Made by a program: the position numbers and the translations under genes. This document shows positions 36,883 through 46,153 of a stretch of 64,000 bases of DNA, piece after piece. Source of the stretch: Candidatus Aerophobetes bacterium Ae_b3b. Lineage in GTDB: Bacteria; Aerophobota; Aerophobia; Aerophobales; AE-B3A. Within the stretch, counting starts at the first letter, position 1, and the number at the start of each line of letters is the position of its first letter. Under the pieces are notes generated by a model. The model did no database searches. It saw nothing but the letters and a program-made list of their open reading frames with translations, and had not been told where the DNA came from. The DNA is taken from the NCBI GenBank assembly GCA_005223085.1, contig NJBP01000005.1:2815-66814 (forward strand). Direction: 5' to 3'.

Positions 36883-36976
36883 TGGGCGTTAGGTAAAAAG
36901 CTGATGATTTGTTGGGAAAGGAGGTGAAAGTAAGGTTTTTTCAAAAATACTTGACGAACGGAGGAGGTTCTGAGAA

Positions 36977-37849
36977 ATGTTAACCAAGACTTTTTTGAAA
37001 AGATGTGGGATGGTAGGATTATTAGCATTCGGTATTCTCTGGACTCAGATGCCGGTTAAGGCCCAAGAAAAGTCGGTGAGAGAACAACTCGCAGAAGCTA
37101 AAGCGGCAATTGCTGATCAGGTATGGGTAATCGAGCAGATGAAGGATAATTTCTTCAAAGTAACCGGCCAACTAGAGACAGAGATCAAAAAGCTAAGAGC
37201 AATCAATATCGAACAAGCCAGAAAGATTGAAGAGGTCACCAATGTCTATTCGAGAAAAATTCAAGAGTTGGGAGGTGAACTGGATCGTCTTAAGGCAGCG
37301 TACACTAATCTCGAGGCTGTCAATGTTGAGCAGGCTCAAACCATCAAGCAGATCACCGATAACTACTTTGAGGTAACCGGGAAGCTTGGTGAGGAGCTTG
37401 CTATACTCGAGGCTGCCAATGCTGAGCAGGCTCAAACCATCAAGCAGATCACCGATAATTTCTTTAAGGTAACTGGAGAACTCAACAGCAAACTGGGTTC
37501 ACTCGAGGCTGCCAATGCTTCACTCGAGGCTGCCAATGCTGAGCAGGCTCAAACCATCAAGCAGATCACCGATAATTTCTTTAAGGTAACTGGAGAACTC
37601 AACAGCAAACTGGATTCACTCGAGGCTGCCAATGCTTCACTCGAGGCTGCCAATACCGAGCAGGCTCAAACCATCGAACAGATGAGGGATAATTTCTTGA
37701 AGGTAACAGGTAAGCTAAACGAAGAGGCAAATATGCTCAAGGTGACCATAGACGAGCAAGCTGCCACCATCAAAAAACTTAAAGGTCAGAGAATGCTTCT
37801 CGGTCTTGGATTCCTAATAGCCACAGCTGTATTAATAAGTTGTGACTAA
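36977..37849 (+). CDS. secreted repetitive coiled-coil protein with C-terminal membrane anchor
   Basis: Signal-like N-terminus ('LLAFGILWTQMPVKAQE'). Six or more copies of '..EQAQTIKQITDNFFKVTGEL..' and a C-terminal 'MLLGLGFLIATAVLISCD'. Confidence 0.6.
   Translation: MLTKTFLKRCGMVGLLAFGILWTQMPVKAQEKSVREQLAEAKAAIADQVWVIEQMKDNFFKVTGQLETEIKKLRAINIEQARKIEEVTNVYSRKIQELGGELDRLKAAYTNLEAVNVEQAQTIKQITDNYFEVTGKLGEELAILEAANAEQAQTIKQITDNFFKVTGELNSKLGSLEAANASLEAANAEQAQTIKQITDNFFKVTGELNSKLDSLEAANASLEAANTEQAQTIEQMRDNFLKVTGKLNEEANMLKVTIDEQAATIKKLKGQRMLLGLGFLIATAVLISCD
37310..37715 (+). repeat. in-frame tandem repeats (96-nt then 117-nt units)
   Basis: 'CTCGAGGCTGCCAATGCTGAGCAGGCTCAAACCATCAAGCAGATCACCGATAA...' recurs at 37406, 37523 and 37640, a 117-nt period. 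Units 2 and 3 are nearly identical; a diverged unit starts at 37310. Confidence 0.9.
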
Positions 37850-38081
37850 GATCATTTGAGAATGACGTGGAAAGAGCCGATTTAATGAAACGTATTTCCT
37901 CTGTTGTAAGACCATTGGAGTTTCAATAAAATTCCTATGGCTAAAAAAAACAACATTTAGAGGACAAGACGTTTGAGGTTAGGCTCATATAAAGAATGAG
38001 TAGTGTTTCAATAAAAATGATAGGTTGTTATTATGGATGTGGGAATCATTTGGTAAATAAGTCTTCAAGGGGGTGAAGAAG

Positions 38082-38942
38082 ATGCTTAGGAATGCTGGAA
38101 TAGGAATCTTAGTTTTGGGAACCGGATTGTTTTTGATGAGCGGCATTGGATTAGCCGGGCAGTCTTCCATGGTAAACCTAGAGGAAGCCTTGGCCCAATG
38201 GGAGGGACTTCAGAAGGAAGTCGTTCAGACCGGAAAAATTGCAGCAGAAGCAAAAGAACTTTCTGTAGATACGGTATTGAGAGCTGCTGAGTTTAAGGAA
38301 ATTGTACTGGCCAAGCTGGGGCTGTGGCGAGCAAAAATGGCGGAAGGACTCATGACGACCATAGAAGCAAGAGAAATAGCCCGTAGAGCAGAAGAACAGA
38401 TGAAAATTAATAAGAAACTACAGGGAGATATGGCTACTCTACAAGGAGATGTGACTACTCTACAGGGAGATATGACTACTGTGCAGGAAAAAGTAAAAGG
38501 TCATGAAAAGATCCATCAGGTTCTGAAGAAAGATGTGAAGGATCTTCAGACCAGTGTTTCCGTGGCTAAAGAAATGGCCGCCACTGCAAAAATGGAGGCT
38601 GATCAGGCTAGAAAGGAAATCAAACAATTAGCAAGAGATACACAGGAGAAGACAGATCTATTATTTGCCAAGCTAAACAGTCTGGAAAAGAGGGTAAGAG
38701 CCCTAGAACAGCGAGTGGGAAAAAAACCTCTTAAACTTAAGCCTAAAAAACTCTACCCGGTGAAAAAAATCGGGAAGCTTTATGAAGTGAAGAAAGGTGA
38801 GAGTCTCTGGCGTATCTCAGGACACAAAGATGTTTACAACGACCCTTCCAAATGGAAAAAGATATACGAGGCTAACAAGAATAAGATTGCTAATCCGAAT
38901 GTTGTCTATCCAGGTCAGCGATTGGTAATACCTCCGGAATAA
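38082..38942 (+). CDS. secreted coiled-coil protein with C-terminal LysM peptidoglycan-binding domain
   Basis: N-terminal hydrophobic segment, a long heptad-rich middle containing 'LQGDMATLQGDVTTLQGDMTTVQ' (21-nt x3 at 38418-38486). C-terminal LysM 'YEVKKGESLWRISG...IYEANKNKIANPNVVYPGQRLVIP'. Confidence 0.7.
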   Translation: MLRNAGIGILVLGTGLFLMSGIGLAGQSSMVNLEEALAQWEGLQKEVVQTGKIAAEAKELSVDTVLRAAEFKEIVLAKLGLWRAKMAEGLMTTIEAREIARRAEEQMKINKKLQGDMATLQGDVTTLQGDMTTVQEKVKGHEKIHQVLKKDVKDLQTSVSVAKEMAATAKMEADQARKEIKQLARDTQEKTDLLFAKLNSLEKRVRALEQRVGKKPLKLKPKKLYPVKKIGKLYEVKKGESLWRISGHKDVYNDPSKWKKIYEANKNKIANPNVVYPGQRLVIPPE

Positions 38943-38988
38943 ATAAGGAGGTGTAGCAGACAGAAAAGATAAGGTATTTCCCCGGCCT

Positions 38989-39204
38989 TCAGGTTTGTTT
39001 GGAGGGTGGTTGTTGATACTTTTGTTGGAACTTTTTTATTCTTCCTCCGCTGTCAAGAAATTTCTGTTTACCAGTAAAGAAAGGATGGCAACGGGAGCAT
39101 ATTTCTACCCGCAAGTTCTGCTTGGTAGACCTTGTCTTATATTCTGCACCACAGGCACATCTAATAATTGTCTCCTGGTAAGGGGGGTGTATTTCTTTCT
39201 TCAT
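38989..39204 (-). CDS. rpmE: 50S ribosomal protein L31
   Basis: '[19 protein letters not shown]...[28 protein letters not shown]' (Zn-ribbon type). Confidence 0.95.
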   Translation of the reverse strand: MKKEIHPPYQETIIRCACGAEYKTRSTKQNLRVEICSRCHPFFTGKQKFLDSGGRIKKFQQKYQQPPSKQT

Positions 39205-39213
39205 GTTATTCTC

Positions 39214-40473
39214 CTAGCTTTTGGAGTTTTTCCCTAGATGAGAAATGACCTCCAGAAATCGTTCATTGTTCTCGGTTTTTTTCATTACTTCTATTAACGC
39301 CTCAATGGGCTCTTTAAGGTTCTGTCGATTAAGATAATCTCGGAGGGTCCATATCATCTTAAGTTCCCTTTCACTCAGCAATAGTTCTTCCTTTCTCGTA
39401 CCCGAGCGGTTAATATCAATGCAAGGGAAGATTCTTCGCTCAGCTAATTCCCTGGTTAGTCGTAGTTCCATGTTGCCTGTCCCCTTAAATTCTTCAAAGA
39501 TAACCTCGTCCATTTTACTTCCTGTTTCTACCAGAGCAGTAGCTAAAATAGTTAAACTTCCGCCTTCTTCTATGTTCCGAGCCGCCCCGAAGAATCTTTT
39601 GGGATAGTGTAAAGTATTAGCATCTATTCCCCCTGAAAGAATTTTACCAGAAGTGGGGACAACCAAGTTATAGGCTCGAGCTAATCTGGTAATGCTGTCT
39701 AAGAGAATTACTACATCGTATTTTTGCTCTACTAATCTTTTAACCTTTTGGATAACTAATTCTGCTACTCGGATATGACGTTTTGGAGGCTCGTCAAAGG
39801 TGGAAAAGGCGATTTCCCCAACCACGGATCGTTGCATATCGGTGACCTCTTCCGGTCGTTCATCAATCAAAAGGACTATAAGTTCTATCTCTGGAAAATT
39901 GGCGGTAATGCTGTTAGCGATTTTTTGCAGTAACATAGTTTTTCCCGTCTTGGGAGGTGCAACAATGAGACCTCTCTGTCCCTTCCCTAAGGGTGCAATA
40001 AGATCAATCAAACGAGGAGAAATGTCACCAGAAGCATCTTCCAGGGTGATGCGTTCTTGAGGATAAAGAGGAGTTAGGTTTTCAAAGATAGTTCTTTTTC
40101 TTGCTTCTTCGGGATCCTTTCCGTTTACCGACTCTACCTTTAACAAGGCAAAGTAATTTTCACCCTCCTTGGGTGGTCTAATCTGGCCACTTACCGTGTC
40201 TCCTTCACGTAGGTCAAATCTTTTAATTTGTGAGGGGGAAACATATATATCATCCGGCCCAGAGACATAGTTTGATCTCAAGAATCCGTATCCCTCAGCA
40301 AGAATATCTAAGACCCCGCATCCGTAAGCTACTTTTTCGCGATCAATCTCATTCTGTATTATCTTAAATATGAGATCCTGTTTTTTCAGATAGCGATAAT
40401 TCTCAATCTTCCTCTCTTCTGCCATCTGATGCAGCTCAGCAATATTTTTCTTTTGTAGCTCAGCAATATTCAC
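39214..40473 (-). CDS. rho: transcription termination factor Rho
   Basis: 'GYGFLR', '[19 protein letters not shown]', Walker A 'PPKTGKT', '[10 protein letters not shown]', '[14 protein letters not shown]'. GTG start. Confidence 0.95.
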   Translation of the reverse strand: MNIAELQKKNIAELHQMAEERKIENYRYLKKQDLIFKIIQNEIDREKVAYGCGVLDILAEGYGFLRSNYVSGPDDIYVSPSQIKRFDLREGDTVSGQIRPPKEGENYFALLKVESVNGKDPEEARKRTIFENLTPLYPQERITLEDASGDISPRLIDLIAPLGKGQRGLIVAPPKTGKTMLLQKIANSITANFPEIELIVLLIDERPEEVTDMQRSVVGEIAFSTFDEPPKRHIRVAELVIQKVKRLVEQKYDVVILLDSITRLARAYNLVVPTSGKILSGGIDANTLHYPKRFFGAARNIEEGGSLTILATALVETGSKMDEVIFEEFKGTGNMELRLTRELAERRIFPCIDINRSGTRKEELLLSERELKMIWTLRDYLNRQNLKEPIEALIEVMKKTENNERFLEVISHLGKNSKS

Positions 40474-42019
40474 TTTTCACCCTCCTTATGGCGTCAGGGA
40501 GATTCTCTAAGACATCCCCAGCTATGAGGCTTGTTTCTCCCCTTTTTTGAGCAGCAAGGTCTCCGGCGAGTCCATGAAGATATACCCCAATCTGGGCTGC
40601 TAACAAAGGTGAGAACCCCTGTACTAATAGACCAGCAATGGTACCGGTGAGAACATCTCCGGTTCCTCCACTAGCCATTCCTGGATTGCCAGTGGAGTTG
40701 ATCCAGCTGTTACCTTCTTTGTCAGCTATTATTGTTCCAGCCCCTTTTAGTACAGCAATGGCTCCCGTTTCTCTAGCCAGAGCGACAGTAGATTCAATTC
40801 TATCCTTTTGAACCTCTTCTACCTCAATTTCTAAAAGTCTGCTCGTTTCCCCTGGATGAGGGGTAATGATTAAAGGGGCTCTATATTTTTGGAGTAGAGA
40901 AATTTCACCCACAAGGTTGTTTATCCCATCTGCATCAAGGACCAGAGGAATGTTTAACCCTCTCATAATCATTTTCACCAGTTTTTTAGTTTCCTCGTCT
41001 ACCGAGATACCCGGACCTAAAGCTATTGCCCTACATCTACCACTAAATTCTTCAATTTTTCCGAATGCCCCGGAAGATAAAGTCTTTTGTGAGGTCTCGG
41101 GAAGAGGTAGAGTCATCACTTCAGTCAGTTTGATTTCTAAGATTGGATTTAAACTTTCTGGAATTCCTAATGTTACCAGCCCTGCCCCTACCCTCAGAGC
41201 AGAAAGAGCTGTTAAGGTAGCTGCTCCTGTCATGCCGGGCGATCCAGCAATTATCAAAAGGTGCCCAAAATTTCCCTTGTGAGAAGAGGGTTTTCTGTAA
41301 AATAAATCTTTTTGGATATCAGAGGAGGTAAGAAGATTACATTTGATCCTTTCCTCGCCTAGAAACGAAGGAATTCCTATATCCGCGACTTCTATTTTTC
41401 CCGTATAGTTTATGCCTGGATAAAGATATAGCCCCCTTTTGGGATAGGCAAAGGTCACCGTAACATTTGCCTTAATAGCCTCTCCCGGTACCTCACCCGT
41501 GTCAGCGTGTAAGCCGGTAGGAAGATCTACGGCCATAGTATAGCTTGAGCACTGGTTGATTAAGTCAACGGCTTCTCTCATTAATCCTCTAAGGGGAAGA
41601 GTGGAACCGGTTCCCAGAAGGGCGTCTACAATTATATCAGCATGGGGGAGTTCCTGGCGTAAGAGCTTTAGATCCTGAGCAGAGTTAATTTCCTTTATCT
41701 CTATCCCCAATTTCTCAGCTATGGATAGATTTGTAGCCGCATCTCCTTTGACTCTGTTTTTCTTGGCCAAAAGGAACACTTTTACTCTCACTCTCCGGTT
41801 AAAAAGGTGCCTGGCTATTACCATTCCGTCTCCTCCGTTGCTACCCGGTCCACAGAGGATATAGACTGACTTTTCAGGAAGTGGCGAGTATTCTTTTTCT
41901 ATCACTTCTACTACCTTGATACCAGCATTTTCCATAAGCACTATACTGGGTATTCCTATCGTCTTTATGGTAAGTTCGTCTAACCTTTTCATTTCTTGTG
42001 AGGTAACCACCTTCATCAT
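40460..42019 (-). CDS. nnr: bifunctional NAD(P)H-hydrate epimerase / ADP-dependent dehydratase
   Basis: YjeF_N '[10 protein letters not shown]' plus the C-terminal carbohydrate-kinase motifs '[14 protein letters not shown]' and '[16 protein letters not shown]'. Confidence 0.85.
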   Translation of the reverse strand: MMKVVTSQEMKRLDELTIKTIGIPSIVLMENAGIKVVEVIEKEYSPLPEKSVYILCGPGSNGGDGMVIARHLFNRRVRVKVFLLAKKNRVKGDAATNLSIAEKLGIEIKEINSAQDLKLLRQELPHADIIVDALLGTGSTLPLRGLMREAVDLINQCSSYTMAVDLPTGLHADTGEVPGEAIKANVTVTFAYPKRGLYLYPGINYTGKIEVADIGIPSFLGEERIKCNLLTSSDIQKDLFYRKPSSHKGNFGHLLIIAGSPGMTGAATLTALSALRVGAGLVTLGIPESLNPILEIKLTEVMTLPLPETSQKTLSSGAFGKIEEFSGRCRAIALGPGISVDEETKKLVKMIMRGLNIPLVLDADGINNLVGEISLLQKYRAPLIITPHPGETSRLLEIEVEEVQKDRIESTVALARETGAIAVLKGAGTIIADKEGNSWINSTGNPGMASGGTGDVLTGTIAGLLVQGFSPLLAAQIGVYLHGLAGDLAAQKRGETSLIAGDVLENLPDAIRRVKSEYC

Positions 42020-42393
42020 TGATCCTTTTCCTCTCCAATTGCTATAGCTTGAGCTATAGCATAATCATTATCATGCGATAGACTAATCAAGATCTTTTTT
42101 ACTCCTTTTTGGTCAGCAATTATTTTCATCTTCTTCTGGAGCACAATGTAGGGCTTGTTGTTTTTCTCTGCTAAAACCTCAATATCTTGCCAATATCCAC
42201 CAGTTCCCAGAGATTTGAACACAGCTTCTTTGGCAGCAAATCTTCCTGCTAGATAAGTGAGTCTTGTTCTCCCTTGACTGGCATTAATCTCTTCAGGGGT
42301 AAAAACCTTTCGCTCGAGTCGAGTTCCCCATCTCTGCAAAGCTTTTTTTAATCTCTCTATTTTAATAATGTCTATTCCTATTGCTCTAATCAT
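42016..42393 (-). CDS. acpS: holo-[acyl-carrier-protein] synthase
   Basis: 'MIRAIGIDIIKIERL', 'FAAKEAVFKSLG', 'LSHDNDYAIA'. The internal ATG at 42393 is preferred to the 42459 start, which overlaps pdxJ. Confidence 0.8.
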   Translation of the reverse strand: MIRAIGIDIIKIERLKKALQRWGTRLERKVFTPEEINASQGRTRLTYLAGRFAAKEAVFKSLGTGGYWQDIEVLAEKNNKPYIVLQKKMKIIADQKGVKKILISLSHDNDYAIAQAIAIGEEKDQ

Positions 42394-42401
42394 AAGGGCC
42401 C

Positions 42402-43118
42402 TTACCGGCCAACTAATCTTACCATCTCCCTTACCGCTTCCTTCATTCCGACCAGACATGCCCGGGCAACGATAGAGTGGCCTATACTAACTTCCTCTAT
42501 CTCTTCTATAAGGCAAATTTTTCTTGCGTTCTGGTAGTTTAAACCATGTCCGGCATGCACTTCCAGATCGAGCTTTTTGGCCAGGGCGGCGGCCCCGGCA
42601 ATTCTCTCCAGTTCGGTGGCTGAATCGAGGAAACTAGTTGCTTCGGCATAAGGTCCGGTATGGAGCTCCACTACATTTGCTCCCAATTTGTGTGCTTTTC
42701 TTACACTGTTTGGAGTTGGATTTATGAAGAGAGAAACCGGGATTTCCATTTGGTGAAGGAGGGAGATCACTTCTTTTAACCTGGGGTCTTCTTGGGAAAG
42801 ATCGAGCCCCCCCTCGGTAGTTATCTCGGTCTCTTTTTCTGGAACCAAGGTAGCCAGATCGGGCTTTGTTTTTAAGGCAATTTTCACTATCTCCTCGCTA
42901 GTTCCCATCTCAAGATTCAATTTAGTGTGTATCATCATCCGCAAAAGATCCAAGTCACGCGGCTGGATATGCCTTCTATCTCGTCTTAGATGAATGGTTA
43001 TTCCTTCTGCTCCGCCTAGTTCTGCTAAAAGTGCGGCAGCTGCTGGATCTGGCTCCTTAACTTTTCTAGCCTCACGCAAAGTAGCTACATGGTCAACATT
43101 TACACTTAATCTTGGCAT
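42402..43118 (-). CDS. pdxJ: pyridoxine 5'-phosphate synthase
   Basis: 'LSVNVDHVATLREAR', 'ITIHLRRDRRHI', 'VELHTGPYA', 'VHAGHGLNY'. Confidence 0.9.
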   Translation of the reverse strand: MPRLSVNVDHVATLREARKVKEPDPAAAALLAELGGAEGITIHLRRDRRHIQPRDLDLLRMMIHTKLNLEMGTSEEIVKIALKTKPDLATLVPEKETEITTEGGLDLSQEDPRLKEVISLLHQMEIPVSLFINPTPNSVRKAHKLGANVVELHTGPYAEATSFLDSATELERIAGAAALAKKLDLEVHAGHGLNYQNARKICLIEEIEEVSIGHSIVARACLVGMKEAVREMVRLVGR

Positions 43119-44301
43119 TTAGAAACTCCCTGCTTATCAAATTATCAGCTCTAATTCTTTTTACTGCCTCCTCTAGTCTCTCTTCACTTACTGTCAAGGC
43201 TATTCTAATATAACCCTCTCCGCAGGAGCCAAAGCCAATGCCGGGAGTGACTATCACTCCACACCTCTCCATGAGGAGCTCAGCAAATTCTAAGGAAGAA
43301 AATCTTGAGGGGATCTTTAGCCAGAGATAAAAGGTAGCTTTGGGTAGTTGAATCTGCCAATTTATTCTGGCCAGCCCTTCAGTCAAGATATTTCTTCTTC
43401 TCTGGTAAATCTCTTGTGTCTTTTTCAGGGCGTGTTCGTTCATCCTCAAAGCCTCTATTCCTGCTTCCTGGACAGCCTGAAAAACACCTGAATCTATATT
43501 GGTTTTTACCTCATTCAGAGTCTCAATTATGGCTTTGTTTCCCACGGCAAACCCGATGCGCCAGCCGGTCATGTTAAAAGTTTTTGATAAAGAATGAAAC
43601 TCTATGGCTACTTCCTTAGCCCTTTTTATTTCCATAATGCTGGGGGGTGAGTATCCGTCAAAAGAGATTTCTGAATAAGCAAGATCATGGCAGACAACTA
43701 TATTAAACTCTTTAGCAAAATCTACTATACTCTGAAAGAAATCCTTTGTTGTTACCGCTCCCGTGGGATTGTTAGGATAGTTGATGAATAAAATCTTTGC
43801 TCTCTGGGCTACTTTTTTGTCTATTTTTTCTAGACAGGGTAAAAAGTGATTTTCCTTCCGGAGAGGCAGGAGGTAGGATTTTCCTCCAGCAAATATAACA
43901 CCTGCCCCGTAGACAGGATAAGCTGGATCAGGTACCAAAGCAATATCTCCGGGATTAATCAAGGCTAAAGATATATGAGCTATCCCTTCTTTAGAGCCGA
44001 TAAGGGTAAGGACTTCTTTCTCTGGATCAAGTCCAACCCCAAACCTCCTCTGGTACCATTGAGAGACCGCCCGGCGAAAGGAAAGAAGACCTTGGTAAGA
44101 AGGATAACGATGATTCCGGGGATTCTCAGCCGCCTGGGATAATCTCTTGATAATAGGAGAAGGAGTAGGAAGGTCAGGATCTCCTACTCCCAGGTCGATA
44201 AGATCCTTTCTTTCTTCCCTTAGGCGAGATTTCATTTTGTTTAACTTGGCAAATAAATAGGGTGGAAGTTTGGTTAGCCTTTTCGCTTTATCTATTTTCA
44301 T
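43093..44301 (-). CDS. dapL: class I/II aminotransferase, LL-diaminopimelate aminotransferase-like
   Basis: 'LPPYLFAKLNK', 'IDLGVGDPDLPTP', 'NYPNNPTG', 'SLSKTFNMTGWRIG'. Overlaps dapB, which supports a lysine/DAP role. Confidence 0.55.
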   Translation of the reverse strand: MKIDKAKRLTKLPPYLFAKLNKMKSRLREERKDLIDLGVGDPDLPTPSPIIKRLSQAAENPRNHRYPSYQGLLSFRRAVSQWYQRRFGVGLDPEKEVLTLIGSKEGIAHISLALINPGDIALVPDPAYPVYGAGVIFAGGKSYLLPLRKENHFLPCLEKIDKKVAQRAKILFINYPNNPTGAVTTKDFFQSIVDFAKEFNIVVCHDLAYSEISFDGYSPPSIMEIKRAKEVAIEFHSLSKTFNMTGWRIGFAVGNKAIIETLNEVKTNIDSGVFQAVQEAGIEALRMNEHALKKTQEIYQRRRNILTEGLARINWQIQLPKATFYLWLKIPSRFSSLEFAELLMERCGVIVTPGIGFGSCGEGYIRIALTVSEERLEEAVKRIRADNLISREFLNAKIKCKC

Positions 44302-45091
44302 AATTTCCCTTTTTTAATCCTAATACATCCTGAAGGTCATAGAGCCCCTTTTCTTTGTCTATGATAAACTTTGCTGCTAGAATAGCTCCCCGGGCAAAGA
44401 TACCTCTAGATTCGGCTCGGTGAATGATTTCCAGTCGTTCTCCAGGTCCGGCAAAGAGAACCATGTGGTCCCCGACTACACTTCCTCCTCTTACAGCATG
44501 GATACCAATCTCATCCGGCCTTCTTATTTCTTTTACTCCCTTTCTTCCATACACCCCTACCTTAGCCAGATCTGCGTCTTTCATTCTAGCTATGATTTGA
44601 GCAATTTTTCTTGCTGTGCCGCTGGGTGCATCGGCCTTATTTCGGTGGTGAATTTCTATAATTTCTGCATCAAAATCTTCTCCCAGAACGCTGGCTGTCT
44701 GTTCTACTATTTTGTAAAAGAGGTTAATACCCACACTCATGTTTGGGGAAAGAACCAGAGGGATACTGTGGGAAGCTTCTTTTATTTTCCCATATTGTTC
44801 TCCTTTGAACCCGGTAGTGCCTATGACCATGGGAACCCTTTTGCTTTTAGCGACTTCAAGATGTTCAAGTGTTGCCTGGGGAGTAGTAAAGTCGATTATT
44901 ACAGTATCTGGTCTTATTGCTTCTTCTAGGTCAGGAATAACTTTGATTCCCTTTTCGATTTCTTTGCCTAAAGAAGCATGATTACGAGCCTCTATTGCTC
45001 CAATTAATTTCATCCCCTTTGCCCGATGGACTTTAAAGGTAATCTCCTTACCCATTCTTCCCCGAGCACCACAAACAATAATATTTAGCAT
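44288..45091 (-). CDS. dapB: 4-hydroxy-tetrahydrodipicolinate reductase
   Basis: 'IIVCGARGRMGK', 'VIGTTGF', 'EIIEIHHRNKADAPSGTA'. Confidence 0.9.
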   Translation of the reverse strand: MLNIIVCGARGRMGKEITFKVHRAKGMKLIGAIEARNHASLGKEIEKGIKVIPDLEEAIRPDTVIIDFTTPQATLEHLEVAKSKRVPMVIGTTGFKGEQYGKIKEASHSIPLVLSPNMSVGINLFYKIVEQTASVLGEDFDAEIIEIHHRNKADAPSGTARKIAQIIARMKDADLAKVGVYGRKGVKEIRRPDEIGIHAVRGGSVVGDHMVLFAGPGERLEIIHRAESRGIFARGAILAAKFIIDKEKGLYDLQDVLGLKKGNYENR

Positions 45092-45325
45092 CTTATGAAT
45101 CCTCGATTAAAAACCTGTGGGAAATAGCCGATAAGGTCGGGGGTTTAGATTTTGAACAGCAAACTAGATAAGTTCTGGTGGACTAAACTTTGGCCTGCCA
45201 TCTTAAAAACCATGATGCTATCTTTATTTTACGCATTCTAAGGCGCATTTTTTCCCCAACGGAAAAGAGAGTAGTAAGCAGAATTTGGAAAAACGGTACC
45301 CACTTTTTGATTAGAGGAAGGTATC

Positions 45326-45684
45326 TGGTGGAGGCGGAGGGAATCGAACCCTCGTCCAGAGACAAAACCATCGGAACATCTACATATTTAGTCTACATTT
45401 TGAATTCATCTTTCCTCCCTCCTGTAGACGAGATGAAGGAAAGACTAGCAGCTCTCGAGTATTCGCTTTGTTTCCCATCTGCCTGGAAACAAAGCTAGCT
45501 CTACTTTCTCACGCCTCTTTTACTCCGTAGAGCAAAAGTAAGGAGACGTAGCTACTTAGTTGTAGCTAAAAGCTAACGTTGGATTAGCGTTTAAGTTTAG
45601 TTGCCGGATGGATTTACAAGGTGTCCGGCGACCCTTGCTATGCCATTCCGATTTTTCTATCCCTGTCGAAACCGTTTCGCCCCC
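45326..45684 (-). ncRNA. ssrA: transfer-messenger RNA (tmRNA, SsrA)
   Basis: The reverse complement starts GGGGGCGAAACGGTTTCGACAGGGATAG and ends GGACGAGGGTTCGATTCCCTCCGCCTCCACCA. The acceptor stem has G3:U, and a T-arm is present. It lies 11 nt downstream of smpB. Candidate tag ORF GCT AAT CCA ACG TTA GCT TTT AGC TAC AAC TAA. Confidence 0.9.
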
Positions 45685-45695
45685 TTTCTTCATTT

Positions 45696-46148
45696 CTAAT
45701 GAGGATAGTATCTTTTTCGTTCCTTTAATGTGCGTTTTATTTCCCGGTCTATGGAGATTTCTCGAAGCTTTCTTCTTTTATCATACAATCGTTTTCCTTT
45801 TGCCAAACCTATCCCTACTTTAACTTTCCCTTTTTTAAAGTATATACTTAATGGAATTAATGTCAAGCCCTTCTGAGATAAAGTTCCTATTAGCTTTCTT
45901 ATTTCACCGTGGTGCAGAAGGAGTTTTCGGGGTCTTTTGGGATCAAGATTTGGCTGGCTGGTACGAGCATAGAGAGCTATATGAAGGTTATGTAAAAATA
46001 GCTCTCCGGAGATTACTCGGACAAAAGAATCAATGAAGTTTACTTTCCCCTCCCGGATGGATTTAACTTCTGATCCTTTAAGCACAACTCCTGCCTCCCA
46101 TCTTTCTAATATATGGTAATCATGAGTTGCCTTCTTGTTGGTAATCAT
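45696..46148 (-). CDS. smpB: SsrA-binding protein
   Basis: 'NKKATHDYHILERWEAGVVLKGSEVKSIREGKVN', 'RPRKLLLHHGEIRKL', 'LIPLSIYFKKGKVKVGIGLAKGK'. Confidence 0.95.
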   Translation of the reverse strand: MITNKKATHDYHILERWEAGVVLKGSEVKSIREGKVNFIDSFVRVISGELFLHNLHIALYARTSQPNLDPKRPRKLLLHHGEIRKLIGTLSQKGLTLIPLSIYFKKGKVKVGIGLAKGKRLYDKRRKLREISIDREIKRTLKERKRYYPH

Positions 46149-46153
46149 TTTTT

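Noticed and set aside
37310-37715. Regular nucleotide repeats (117-nt period; also the 21-nt x3 at 38418-38486) considered as a CRISPR-like array.
   Set aside because: The repeats are contiguous with no unique spacers. They are in frame within long ORFs, encode coiled-coil heptads, and no cas genes are nearby.
40433-40470. A 14-nt duplication (AGCTCAGCAATATT on the plus strand at 40433-40446 and 40457-40470) giving '[13 protein letters not shown]' at the Rho N-terminus.
   Set aside because: It is a small in-frame 24-nt-period duplication at the extreme N-terminus. It probably only makes the true start codon ambiguous, and there is no evidence of regulatory function.
39419-41282. Antisense ORFs inside rho and nnr (39419-39607, 39800-40060, 40866-41282).
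   Set aside because: They lie opposite strongly supported genes, have no start context and are low-complexity Ser/Pro/Ile-rich. They are shadow ORFs.
45190-45498. The plus-strand 102-aa ORF and minus-strand 62-aa ORF (45183-45371) in the dapB-smpB gap.
   Set aside because: Both overlap the tmRNA gene, whose ends and acceptor and T-arm pairing are unambiguous. The ORFs are artefacts.
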